Source of the DNA: an uncultured candidatus Porisulfidus sp.
GTDB lineage: Bacteria > Pseudomonadota > Gammaproteobacteria > Poriferisulfidales > Oxydemutatoraceae
Length of the DNA stretch: 64,000 nt
Direction: 5' to 3'
Assembly: GCA_965215125.1 (NCBI GenBank)
Contig: OZ244052.1
Span: forward strand, 2,048,001-2,112,000
Position numbers and translations under genes: made by a program. The notes below the pieces were generated by a model. It was not told the origin of the DNA, did not search any database, and saw only the letters and a list, made by a program, of their open reading frames with translations. The number at the start of each line of letters is the position of its first letter. Position 1 is the stretch's first letter. Below are positions 32,688 through 41,789 of this stretch, piece by piece.

Positions 32688-33680
32688 ATGACAAAAGAAC
32701 AACCTAAATATTTACCGCTGACAAAAGATATCGTCTTCAAACGATACTTTACCGGCAACAAGCGATTACTGCTCTCGCTCATTAAGAGCTTCCTACCTAT
32801 TTCCGATAATGTCTCCGATGTCGTCGTCCTAAACCTCAAAACCTCTGCCGCCTCTAAAAAAGCAACCGAACAACAGCAGCAGAAATCAGGCGATAAACTA
32901 TGGCTCAAAGACACCTCCATTCCACCAAACAAACCACACGGCAAGCAGGTCGTCCTCGACCTCAGCGTCAAATTAAGTGGCGGCGAAAATGTCAACATAG
33001 AAATGCAAGTCGCCTTCCAAGAAAACTTCCTACTGAGAATGTTCGCTTATTGGGCTATGCTGTTTATTCAAGACCTAGACCGTGGCGATGACTATGGAAA
33101 GCTCAACCCGACCTACTCGTTGGGATTTACCGAGTTCACGGTATTCAAAGGAAAGCACAATTTTATCAGTGGAATAGAATTTGTAGACCGCAACGAGATA
33201 GAATACCATTTTGATATCGGTGCAAAGATCGTCATAGTGGAATTGAATAGGTTCAATAAGAGCTACCGCAACCTTATTGATATGAAGGATAGGTGGTGCT
33301 ATATTATTAAGCACTCGGCGGAGTTGACACCCGAGCAAGTAGCGTATTTATCACAAGACGGAGAGACGAAAATGATACTAGAACATTTAGAGGAAATATC
33401 AAAAAACAAAGAATCACACTGGGAGACTATAGATCGCAAGAAGTATGAGATAGGGATTCAGTTGGAAAGGCGCGGTGCGTTAAAGAAAGGTTTGGCAAAA
33501 GGTCGGATCGAAGGCATGGAGGAAGGCCGAGTTCAGGGCATGGAGGAAGGCCGAGTTCAAGGCATGCACGAAATCGCCTTAAATATGTTGCAAAAGGGTC
33601 TGGAGGTTTCTCTAATTTCCGAAGTCACAGGTTTATCTGTCCCCGAAATTAAAAAGCTAAAGAATAGAACCACCGATTGA
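32688..33680 (+). CDS. Rpn family recombination-promoting nuclease / PD-(D/E)XK putative transposase
   Basis: DIVFK..F, LDL......NIEMQ, R..AYW, EGMEEG repeats, IALNML..G.....I..VTGLS. Confidence 0.9.
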   Translation: MTKEQPKYLPLTKDIVFKRYFTGNKRLLLSLIKSFLPISDNVSDVVVLNLKTSAASKKATEQQQQKSGDKLWLKDTSIPPNKPHGKQVVLDLSVKLSGGENVNIEMQVAFQENFLLRMFAYWAMLFIQDLDRGDDYGKLNPTYSLGFTEFTVFKGKHNFISGIEFVDRNEIEYHFDIGAKIVIVELNRFNKSYRNLIDMKDRWCYIIKHSAELTPEQVAYLSQDGETKMILEHLEEISKNKESHWETIDRKKYEIGIQLERRGALKKGLAKGRIEGMEEGRVQGMEEGRVQGMHEIALNMLQKGLEVSLISEVTGLSVPEIKKLKNRTTD

Positions 33681-33698
33681 GCGAGTAGGTCAACAGAT

Positions 33699-33899
33699 GT
33701 GACACCGGCGGAAGTTGTCAATATAACCACGGATACGATTACAACATTTAGGATTAGTGCCGAGCAGGGTGGAGAAGCGACGATCACATTCACCGCAACC
33801 GACAGCGGCGGGTTAAGCGATAGTGAGACTGTGTCGGTGAATGTCCTTGCGGCTATTAGGATACGCGCCAAAGTATTTTTAGAAGGTTCCATGCAGTAG
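33699..33899 (+). pseudogene. Orphan C-terminal fragment of a large Ig/cadherin-like surface protein
   Basis: GEATITFTATDSGGLSDSETVSVNV beta-sandwich end followed by IRIRAKVFLEGSMQ; no signal peptide. Confidence 0.55.
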
Positions 33900-33945
33900 C
33901 ATGAAAAATGACTTTGCAGGTAGTCCTAAAAATGGGGGAAGGTCA
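33897..33945 (+). mobile_element. Third IS3 right-end fragment
   Basis: tagcatgaaaaatgactttgcaggtagtcctaaaaatgggggaaggtca. Confidence 0.7.
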
Positions 33946-34461
33946 CTCGTGTAATCTCGGCATCAGTTCGACCAGATTGCAAGGACGGGTTCTGTAATCC
34001 AGTTGGTGGCAGATGATTTTGTCCCATGCCTCGGCGCATGCGCCGGGTGAACCGGGCAAGCAAAAAAGATAAGTTGCATTTGCCACACCCGCCAATGCCC
34101 GCGACTGCAAGGTTGAGGTCTTAATCGTCTGGTAGGATAAAGCTCTAAAAGTCTCGCCGAAACCTGCAATTTCTTTATCCAGCAATACCGAAATTGCCTC
34201 GGGGGTTCCGTCTCGTCCGGTCACCCCGGTGCCGCCGCTACTGATAACGACTTGCACTTGTGCATCGGCAATCCATTGTGAGACCTGGGCGCGGATTTGA
34301 TAGATATCGTCGCGCACGATTTGCTGGTCGTGAATCAGATGCCCGCCATCGGCAACCCGTTGTTTCAGCACTTGTCCCGAACGATCGTCGGCGGGCGTGC
34401 GGCTATCGGAAACGGTTAATAAGGCGATATTTAGCGGTATAAAATCTCGTTCTTTGTTCAT
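33943..34461 (-). CDS. moaB: Molybdenum cofactor biosynthesis protein B
   Basis: LTVSDSRT..DD.SG, GGTGVTGRDGTPEA, LPGS.GAC, RPCN; start MNKERD. Confidence 0.95.
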   Translation of the reverse strand: MNKERDFIPLNIALLTVSDSRTPADDRSGQVLKQRVADGGHLIHDQQIVRDDIYQIRAQVSQWIADAQVQVVISSGGTGVTGRDGTPEAISVLLDKEIAGFGETFRALSYQTIKTSTLQSRALAGVANATYLFCLPGSPGACAEAWDKIICHQLDYRTRPCNLVELMPRLHE

Positions 34462-34510
34462 GGTTCCTTTATATTTGTGTATACTATTTATTGATTTAAT
34501 CGGAGGCACT

Positions 34511-35005
34511 ATGGCCGGCAACACTTCTAATGATATAAACAAACAATTTTACAAGCAAGTTGAAATTTCGGAACAACCTTTCGATGCTTTTGAAAAAATA
34601 AAAGCATATCAAAGGCAAGTGTCGGCCGAGAAATCCGGGGCTTTATCGCTGTTCGTAGGCACGATGCGTGATTTTAATCATAATGCCGAAGTGCAGAGCA
34701 TGTGGCTTGAACATTATCCGGAGATGACGCATAAATATATTACCGCGCAGTTGGATGAAGTTCATAACCGCTATCAAATCAACGATATTCGTATTGTGCA
34801 TCGCGTCGGTGCTGTATATCCGGGAGACACCATCGTGGTTGTTGCGGTTTGGGCGGCGCACCGTAGCGATGCGATTGCGGCAAATCACTATCTCGTCGAA
34901 CAGCTAAAATCCAAAGCACCTTTTTGGAAGAAAGAAAAGTTCAAAGATCAAAGCGCGCACTGGGTTGCCGTCAATACGCCGGGTGCGAATATACCCTCAT
35001 ACTAA
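34511..35005 (+). CDS. moaE: Molybdopterin synthase catalytic subunit
   Basis: F.GTMRD, LEHYPEMT, HRVG, AAHR..A, LKSKAPFWKKE; GGAGG RBS. Confidence 0.93.
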   Translation: MAGNTSNDINKQFYKQVEISEQPFDAFEKIKAYQRQVSAEKSGALSLFVGTMRDFNHNAEVQSMWLEHYPEMTHKYITAQLDEVHNRYQINDIRIVHRVGAVYPGDTIVVVAVWAAHRSDAIAANHYLVEQLKSKAPFWKKEKFKDQSAHWVAVNTPGANIPSY

Positions 35006-35017
35006 AGGAGATTAAAC

Positions 35018-35602
35018 ATGAAAAACCTCAAACGACTATTGATTATTTATTCGCTAATACTCTTTTGCTTGCCTGCCGATGCGGCGGACTGGCAATTAAA
35101 CCGCGAACGCTCGGCGATTAGTTATCTCTCTTCCAAGCAGGCAACTGTCGAGACACCGATGATGTTTGAAAGCAACCTTTTCCGTGAGTTTTCCGGGACC
35201 ATAGACGGTGCGCAAGTGGAACTCGTGGTGGAATTGGATAGTTTGGATACCAAGGTGCCGATTCGCGACGAGCGTGTTGCCGAACATGTGTTCTTGACCA
35301 AGCAGTATCCACAGGCGACCGTATCCGCCACCATAGACGGCATTGAGCAAATAAGTTATGAGCGCAAGCAGATAGCGGCAACACTCACGATGCGTGGTCA
35401 AAGCCACGGCGTGCAAGCCGAAGTCATCATTGAGCGTAGCGATCCTCGGACACTACGCATACAAACCACCACGCCGGTTTTGGTCAATGCCAACGCTTAC
35501 GGTATGCTCGACGGATTTGCAACACTCAAGCAACTAGTCGGGTTGATGCAAATCCCGATGACCATACCGGTGAGCTTACATCTGGTATTTGAAGCCAACT
35601 GA
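35018..35602 (+). CDS. YceI family periplasmic protein
   Basis: Signal peptide, WQLNRERS.I, LDSLDTKVPIRDER. Confidence 0.8.
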   Translation: MKNLKRLLIIYSLILFCLPADAADWQLNRERSAISYLSSKQATVETPMMFESNLFREFSGTIDGAQVELVVELDSLDTKVPIRDERVAEHVFLTKQYPQATVSATIDGIEQISYERKQIAATLTMRGQSHGVQAEVIIERSDPRTLRIQTTTPVLVNANAYGMLDGFATLKQLVGLMQIPMTIPVSLHLVFEAN

Positions 35603-35613
35603 GGCGGTAATAA

Positions 35614-36498
35614 ATGGGAGTAGCCGGCACTAAAAAAATTGCTAAAGCAACCATAGATTTATTTCCCTCTCAGGTTGCATACAACACATCGGATGCACCT
35701 CACTGTGTCTTTTTAGGGGATTGCCTAAATGTGTTAAGCAAATATATCTCTGCCGATAGTGTTGATTTGGTTTTTACTTCTCCGCCCTATGCAGACCAAC
35801 GAAAAAATAATTATGGAGGAATTGCCCCGACCGATTATGTGAATTGGTTTTTGCCGAGGGCAGAGGAAATTAAGCGAGTTTTAAGACCGTCCGGTTCTTT
35901 TGTTCTGAACATCAAGGAGAGGGTGGTAGACGGTGAAAGACATACTTATGTCTTGGATTTGATTATGGGTATGCGTGAACAGGGTTGGCAGTGGGTTGAG
36001 GAATATATTTGGCATAAAAAGAACTGTTATCCGGGAAAATGGCCGAATCGATTTAGAGACAGCTGGGAAAGACTCTTACATTTCACCCTGTCTAAAAACT
36101 TCAAAATGAGACAAGAAGCCGTTATGGTTCCTACCGGTGACTGGGCAGAGAACCGCCTAAAAAAGCTATCTCAAACCGACAAGGGTCGAGATTTGTCTAA
36201 GAATAAAAATGGATTCGGAAAAAAAGTATCCAATTGGGTTGGGAGAAAACAAGCCTATCCTACGAACGTTATTCATCTTGCTACGGAATGCAACTACAGA
36301 GGACATCCTGCCGCATTTCCCGTGTAGTTACCCTCATGGTTTATAAAGCTATTTACCGATGAAGGGGATATGGTTTTAGATCCTTTTGTCGGATCGGGCA
36401 CCACATCGCTTGCCGCCTTAAATCTAAATCGTTGTTCTATAGGCATTGATATTCATGAGGAATTTTGTTTACTGACCCGAGAGAGACTTTTGAAGTGA
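35614..36498 (+). pseudogene. N4-cytosine-type DNA methyltransferase with an in-frame TAG at 36325-36327
   Basis: FTSPPY motif; [33 protein letters not shown]...; frame continues to TGA at 36498. Confidence 0.88.
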
Positions 36499-36640
36499 CG
36501 AATCAAACGCTGTGGTGGGATATTGCCAAAGTAGAGATTGATGAAATTATGTTTGGTTTTTCCGAAGCATTAAAAATCAAGCTGATGGCACTTGGCGATA
36601 ATCCGATGTCTCTGTTGAGCAAAAAGAATCCGTTTTGCAC
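36495..36640 (+). pseudogene. N-terminal remnant of a putative type II restriction endonuclease
   Basis: GTGA overlap with the MTase stop; LLSKKNPF resembles the LL.RKNP.LF motif of PmeII-like enzymes; runs into repeats. Confidence 0.5.
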
Positions 36641-36677
36641 GATTGCAACCACTTGCGCCATGATTATTTGCAAACCG

Positions 36678-36899
36678 CCTGTAGGGGCAGACTAGCATGT
36701 CTGCCCTAAAGTGCCGTTCTGCACAGCCGTAACCGCTTGCGTCGTACGGTTTTGGTTTCCATAAATTGGGTGGATGAATGTATAAAATAGTGCAGATACT
36801 TCTGGGGCTGTTGAAAAAGTATTCCACGAACTGTATGGACGGTACATTCCCCTCCTTTAGGGGAATGATCCGCCCCTACCAGCTCAATCGGCAGTTTTA
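36678..36899. repeat. Composite repeat cluster (GTAG REP, inverted D, TIR, partial A, B end)
   Basis: gtaggggcagactagcatgtctgccc; ggggctgttgaaaaagtatt; gctcaatcggcagtttta. Confidence 0.8.
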
Positions 36900-38162
36900 T
36901 CATATTAAAGCTTCAAAAGGAATCACGGTAACCGTATCGCCCGCCGCCACCCTTGAGGTGTCTTGTGCCAGCACGATAAAGCAGTTGGCTTTGCTTAGCG
37001 AACTCAATATGCCCGAGCCTTGAGCACCGGTCGTGCTTACTTGCAGATCGCCGTTGTCGCAAATACTAAGTATGCCTCGCTGATATTCGGTTCTGCCGGG
37101 TCGTTTGCGTAAATCGCCGAGCGTCGTCGCTTTTACTTCGAGGGGTTTGTGTTCGTTTTCTCCGCTCATTTTTTTTAGTGCCGGTTGCACAAAGATATAA
37201 AAAGTCGTCATTACCGATACCGGATTACCGGGTAAACCGAAATAGAGTTTTTCGCCTATGCTTCCGAAAGCGAGCGGACGCCCGGGCTTCATTGCGATTT
37301 TCCAAAAGTTTATTTTCCCTACCGCTTCGAACACCGATTTGGAATAATCGGCTTCGCCGACCGATACGCCGCCGCTGGTGATAACCACATCGTGATTTGA
37401 TGCAGCGGTCTCGAAGGCGGCTTTCAAAGATTCGGGTTGATCGCCGACAATACCCAAGTCGGTGACTTCCACATCAAGTCGTTTGAGCATCGCAAATAGC
37501 GTGTAGCGATTGCTGTCGTATATTTCGCCTTTCTCCAGTTGACTTCCGACCGTGCGCAATTCATCGCCGGTCGAGAAAAAGCAGACTCTGAGACGACGAT
37601 AGACTTTGAGTTGTGCGATGCCCAAAGATGCCGCCAAACCTATATCGGCGGCATTCAACTTTCTGCCTTGCTTCAAGACAATGTTGCCGACGGCAATATC
37701 TTCGCCGGCGCACCGTATATTTTGTGCCTTGCGGTGCAGATTGCCGTCGGTCACTATCGTATCACCGTCTTTAATCGTATGCTCTTGTATCACCACGGTA
37801 TCTGCGCCTTCGGGTATTACCGCGCCGGTCATAATGCGTATCGTCTCGCACCGCCCGAGCGATTTTCGCGAAAGGTGTCCAGCGAGCGCGGTATCTATGA
37901 CTTTGAACGAAGTGTTGCCGTCGTCTTTGAGGTCGGCAAAGCGTATCGCATAACCGTCCATTGCCGAGTTGTCGTGTCCGGGTACATCGATAGACGACTT
38001 CAAGTTTTCGGCAAGGATTCTATGCAGTGCATCTTTCAATGCGACTTGTTCGTAATCTTTTATCGGTATGGCACTTGCTTTGATCGTATGCAGTGCTACA
38101 TCTACGCTTAAACTTTCGGGGTCGTAGTCGTCGGCACAGCTGGGGGCGGTCTGGATAGTCAT
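36900..38162 (-). CDS. moeA: Molybdopterin molybdotransferase
   Basis: NSAMDGYA, RIMTGA..P.GAD, STGDEL, SGGVSVG, KPGRP, LPGNPVS. Confidence 0.97.
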   Translation of the reverse strand: MTIQTAPSCADDYDPESLSVDVALHTIKASAIPIKDYEQVALKDALHRILAENLKSSIDVPGHDNSAMDGYAIRFADLKDDGNTSFKVIDTALAGHLSRKSLGRCETIRIMTGAVIPEGADTVVIQEHTIKDGDTIVTDGNLHRKAQNIRCAGEDIAVGNIVLKQGRKLNAADIGLAASLGIAQLKVYRRLRVCFFSTGDELRTVGSQLEKGEIYDSNRYTLFAMLKRLDVEVTDLGIVGDQPESLKAAFETAASNHDVVITSGGVSVGEADYSKSVFEAVGKINFWKIAMKPGRPLAFGSIGEKLYFGLPGNPVSVMTTFYIFVQPALKKMSGENEHKPLEVKATTLGDLRKRPGRTEYQRGILSICDNGDLQVSTTGAQGSGILSSLSKANCFIVLAQDTSRVAAGDTVTVIPFEALI

Positions 38163-38653
38163 CGTTTTTTAAGCATTACATAAGCCGCCCCGTCGCCACC
38201 GTCCTTGGGCATTGCGAACTCGTAGGCGAGTATTTCCGGGCTGGCAATCATATACGAGCAGATTGTGTTTTTAAGCACCGGTCCTCCTTGCGAGGACAAA
38301 CCTTTGCCGAAGATAACCAAAAAGTAGGGTATTCCCTCGCTTCGGCATTGCTTGATATGGTCATTCAATGCCTCAACCGCCGCTGTTCTAGTATAGCCGT
38401 GCAGATCCATACATGATTTTATTTTACCGAAATGGTTTCTAAAACGACGAAGGCTTGCACTATTGGTGCCGGTGTTTTTATATGATTTAGGCACCGGATC
38501 AATGGTGTCAAAAGGAATATTTTCTATATAATAAGCGTTTTGCACAGCTTGTCCTCGTTCTACGGTGGCGTGACTCGGTGTATCGCAAGCTGATTTGCTT
38601 TTAGAATTTTCGAATAATTCGCTGAAATTTAACTCTTTATCGGACATAGCCAT
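38159..38653 (-). CDS. Smr/MutS2 domain protein
   Basis: MDLHGYT, VIFGKGLSS...VLK, DGGDGA.YV. Confidence 0.88.
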   Translation of the reverse strand: MAMSDKELNFSELFENSKSKSACDTPSHATVERGQAVQNAYYIENIPFDTIDPVPKSYKNTGTNSASLRRFRNHFGKIKSCMDLHGYTRTAAVEALNDHIKQCRSEGIPYFLVIFGKGLSSQGGPVLKNTICSYMIASPEILAYEFAMPKDGGDGAAYVMLKKR

Positions 38654-38684
38654 TCAGATTTTATAACAAGTTTAAGATATCACT

Positions 38685-39434
38685 ATGCATATTTTAATTA
38701 GCAACGACGACGGTTATTTGAGCCCCGGCACCAAATTACTCTTTGAAGCCTTAGCCGAATTCATGCAAGTGACCGCGGTGACACCGACCCGCAATCGTTC
38801 TGCGGCGAGCAACTCTTTGACCTTGGATCGCCCCTTGCGCGTTTATAACATAAGCGAAGACTACTATGCGGTGGACGGCACACCGACCGATTGCGTACAT
38901 CTCGCACTCACCGGATTACTCAAAGATGTTGCCCCCGATGTGGTGATATCGGGTATCAATCACGGACCCAATTTAGGCGACGATGTGCTGTATTCGGGAA
39001 CCGTCGCTGCGGCGATGGAGGGGCGTTTCCTGGGTTTGCCGGCGATTGCGATATCGGCGAACAACACACAACCCGAATATGTGAGCGATGCGGTTCGTAC
39101 TGCGTGCGACCTGGTTAAACGTCTATTAAAAGACCCCGTGCCTGCCAAAATACTCAATATCAATATACCCGATCTGCCTTACGAGCGGATCGAAGGCATT
39201 GAAATTACCCGCTTGGGCTCGCGCCACAAGGCGGAACCGGTGATAAAGACCAGCGATCCTAAAGGAAACCCTATTTACTGGGTGGGTTCCGCAGGCAGTG
39301 AACAAGATGCCGGGCCAGGAACCGATTTTCATGCCGTCAATCATAACCGTGTCTCCATAACACCCCTGGATGTAGATTTGACACACCATCAATTACTCGA
39401 CGAGATGCGCCGCTCGTGGAATCATACAAAATAA
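38685..39434 (+). CDS. surE: 5'/3'-nucleotidase SurE
   Basis: ILISNDDG, GTPTDCV, SGIN.G.NLGDD..YSGTV. Confidence 0.97.
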   Translation: MHILISNDDGYLSPGTKLLFEALAEFMQVTAVTPTRNRSAASNSLTLDRPLRVYNISEDYYAVDGTPTDCVHLALTGLLKDVAPDVVISGINHGPNLGDDVLYSGTVAAAMEGRFLGLPAIAISANNTQPEYVSDAVRTACDLVKRLLKDPVPAKILNINIPDLPYERIEGIEITRLGSRHKAEPVIKTSDPKGNPIYWVGSAGSEQDAGPGTDFHAVNHNRVSITPLDVDLTHHQLLDEMRRSWNHTK

Positions 39435-40093
39435 CAATGCACTCTATTTCTAAAGCACCCGTTAAAGCGTCCGACTATGCCAAACAGGAATTGATACGCA
39501 GTTTGCGCAACAAAGGCATAAGCGATGAGCGAGTATTGGCAGCGATACACAATGTGCCGCGCCACTTGTTTATCGGAAAGGAATACGCACATCTCGCATA
39601 CGAGGATCAATCGCTGCCTATAGGCCATCGGCAAACGATTTCTCAACCTTATGTCGTTGCCTATATGACGCAGACACTGATGGCACAAGATATAGATACG
39701 GTGTTGGAAATAGGCACCGGTTCCGGTTATCAAACTGCCGTTTTGGCACAACTCATTCCACGGGTATTCACGGTAGAGAGAATTTCAGCACTCACACGCC
39801 GCGCGCGTGCTTTATTGAAAAAGCTAGGCTACAAAAACATCCATTTTAGAACCAGCGACGGTGGTTCGGGGTGGAAGCAGTTCGCACCGTATCAAGCGAT
39901 TATCGTGACCGCAGCCGCAACCTCGGTACCGGAAAAACTATACCTGCAACTTGCTCCCAAAGGTCGGATGGTTATTCCCTTGGGTAGTGAAGGTAGCACG
40001 CAACAACTGACTTTGGTGACACCGACGATACGCGGCCCGAAATTAAAATCCTTGTTGGAGGTAAAATTCGTACCTTTGATACAAAAACAATAG
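39416..40093 (+). CDS. pcm: Protein-L-isoaspartate O-methyltransferase
   Basis: VPRHLF, QTISQPYVV, LEIGTGSGYQ, FVPL. Confidence 0.96.
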   Translation: MESYKITMHSISKAPVKASDYAKQELIRSLRNKGISDERVLAAIHNVPRHLFIGKEYAHLAYEDQSLPIGHRQTISQPYVVAYMTQTLMAQDIDTVLEIGTGSGYQTAVLAQLIPRVFTVERISALTRRARALLKKLGYKNIHFRTSDGGSGWKQFAPYQAIIVTAAATSVPEKLYLQLAPKGRMVIPLGSEGSTQQLTLVTPTIRGPKLKSLLEVKFVPLIQKQ

Positions 40094-40134
40094 TCAAACC
40101 TATGAGTCCATATCAATGCATACAAAAAACTGTG

Positions 40135-40288
40135 GTGTCGGTCCATTCCCCTCCTGTGGAGGGGTTGCCTATGCATTTTGCAATGCATGCGTTTAGCAGT
40201 CATGTTGAGGTTCTGAACAAAGTCGCGCCGATTGACCTACTGGTTCAATCGGCGGTTCTATTCAGCCTGACGGGGTGATCGCAGAAGT
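40135..40288 (+). repeat. Composite repeat: module B nested inside module A
   Basis: Near-identical to 32390-32530. Confidence 0.85.
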
Positions 40289-40478
40289 GGGACTGTTGAA
40301 AAAGTATTTCATACAATGTAGGGGCGGGCGGACATGTAAGTCCGCCTCTACGGCATGTTCGCCCGTAACGCGTTATGCCTGCACGATTTATACATTCATT
40401 CATCCAATTTATGGAAACCAAAACCATACGGCGCAAGCGGTTGCAGTTGTGCAAAAACAATACTTTTTCAACAGTCCC
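40289..40478. mobile_element. MITE-like element with perfect 20-bp TIRs, internal GTAG REP and module D
   Basis: GGGACTGTTGAAAAAGTATT ... AATACTTTTTCAACAGTCCC. Confidence 0.8.
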
Positions 40479-40522
40479 GGCGTATCTGCACAAGTAGGGT
40501 GTCGGTCCAAAACGATAAACAA

Positions 40523-41098
40523 ATGATATTCGCAAAGCTATACCGAAAAACAATTTCGTGGGCGCAAAGTCCGAATGCACTCAAATATCTATACGGGTGG
40601 AGTGTTGCCGAATCGGTTTTTTTTCCGATACCGACGGAAGCATTGATGATACCTATCTGTGCGACGCAAGCAAACAATGCACTGCGGATTGCATTTTGGG
40701 TCACAGTAACTTCGGTTGTCGGTGGTTTGATCGGTTATGCGATAGGTTATTTTTTGTTCAACGAGATAGAACCTTGGATCAGAACAGCCGGCTACTACGC
40801 CGCATATCAGCAATCGGTTGAATTGTTTGACGAGTGGGGGGCATGGATTATTTTGGTTGCGGCGTTTAGCCCGATCCCTTATAAGCTGTTCACGATTAGT
40901 GCCGGCGTATTAAGCCAGAGCCTGCCGATTTTCATACTCGCTTCGCTGATCGGCAGAGGGGCGCGCTATTTTCTGGTTGCATTATTGTTGCGCTACGCCG
41001 GTCCGAAGATCATGCCTTATTTGGAACAACGCATCGAACTCTTCGGTTGGGCAACCGTAGTGATTTTAGCGGTTATAATTTATGCCTATTATGTTTAA
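40523..41098 (+). CDS. YqaA/DedA family membrane protein
   Basis: AESVFFPIP.E, SPIPYKLFTISAG, GRGARY; start MIFAK (ORF-track start lies inside the repeat). Confidence 0.9.
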   Translation: MIFAKLYRKTISWAQSPNALKYLYGWSVAESVFFPIPTEALMIPICATQANNALRIAFWVTVTSVVGGLIGYAIGYFLFNEIEPWIRTAGYYAAYQQSVELFDEWGAWIILVAAFSPIPYKLFTISAGVLSQSLPIFILASLIGRGARYFLVALLLRYAGPKIMPYLEQRIELFGWATVVILAVIIYAYYV

Positions 41099-41786
41099 CA
41101 CCGAACCTATACTAAAACTTTCTGCAATGTTGTTTGCGATAACCGCATTGTCGGCCTGTGCTACTATTCAGGAATATTGGACGGACGATCAGAAAGTCGT
41201 CTTATCTCCTAAAACCTACACGGTCAACAAAGGCGATACGCTTTACAGCATCGCTTGGCTTTACGAACTCGATTATCGCCGACTGGCACAATGGAACGAC
41301 ATCAAGGCACCGAATTATTTAATCTATCCCGGACAGCAGCTACGGCTGGACTCGCCCGAACCGGCTACCGAGCCGGAACCCGGAGTCAAGCAAACAGCCG
41401 CAAAGGCGATCCATCTTTCGGGGTGGCAGTGGCCGTTGAATAAGCCTGATGTGAAGGCATTGCCTCGCTCCAACGCTCTATTGATGAAAGGTAAACCTTC
41501 CGAAGCCGTGCATGCAACCGCCGCCGGTGTCGTCGTTTATAGCGGGTTTAATTTGAAACATTATGACGGTTTGATTATCATAAAGCACGACGGCGACATC
41601 TTCAGCGTCTACGGGAATAACGAAGCACTTTTGGTAATAGAGAGAGAACGGGTTGCCGTCGGACAAGAGATTGCGCGGCTGCCGGCATCGCAAGCCGACG
41701 CAAATCTGTATTTTGAAATTAAGCATCGCAATAAATCCTTAAAAGCGGTCAATTATTTATCGGACTTAACAATATCGACTCGTTGA
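41082..41786 (+). CDS. nlpD: NlpD-like LysM/M23 lipoprotein
   Basis: LSAC lipobox, YTVNKGDTLYSIAW LysM, WQWP, LIIIKH, LYFEI. Confidence 0.85.
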   Translation: MPIMFNTEPILKLSAMLFAITALSACATIQEYWTDDQKVVLSPKTYTVNKGDTLYSIAWLYELDYRRLAQWNDIKAPNYLIYPGQQLRLDSPEPATEPEPGVKQTAAKAIHLSGWQWPLNKPDVKALPRSNALLMKGKPSEAVHATAAGVVVYSGFNLKHYDGLIIIKHDGDIFSVYGNNEALLVIERERVAVGQEIARLPASQADANLYFEIKHRNKSLKAVNYLSDLTISTR

Positions 41787-41789
41787 ACT

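Noticed and set aside
36325-36327. Programmed pyrrolysine or recoded TAG
   Set aside because: TAG serves as a normal stop in many genes here and prfA is intact; a single nonsense mutation is simpler.
41400-41786. Degenerate M23 active site in NlpD as a sign of pseudogenisation
   Set aside because: NlpD-type amidase activators normally lack the zinc ligands.
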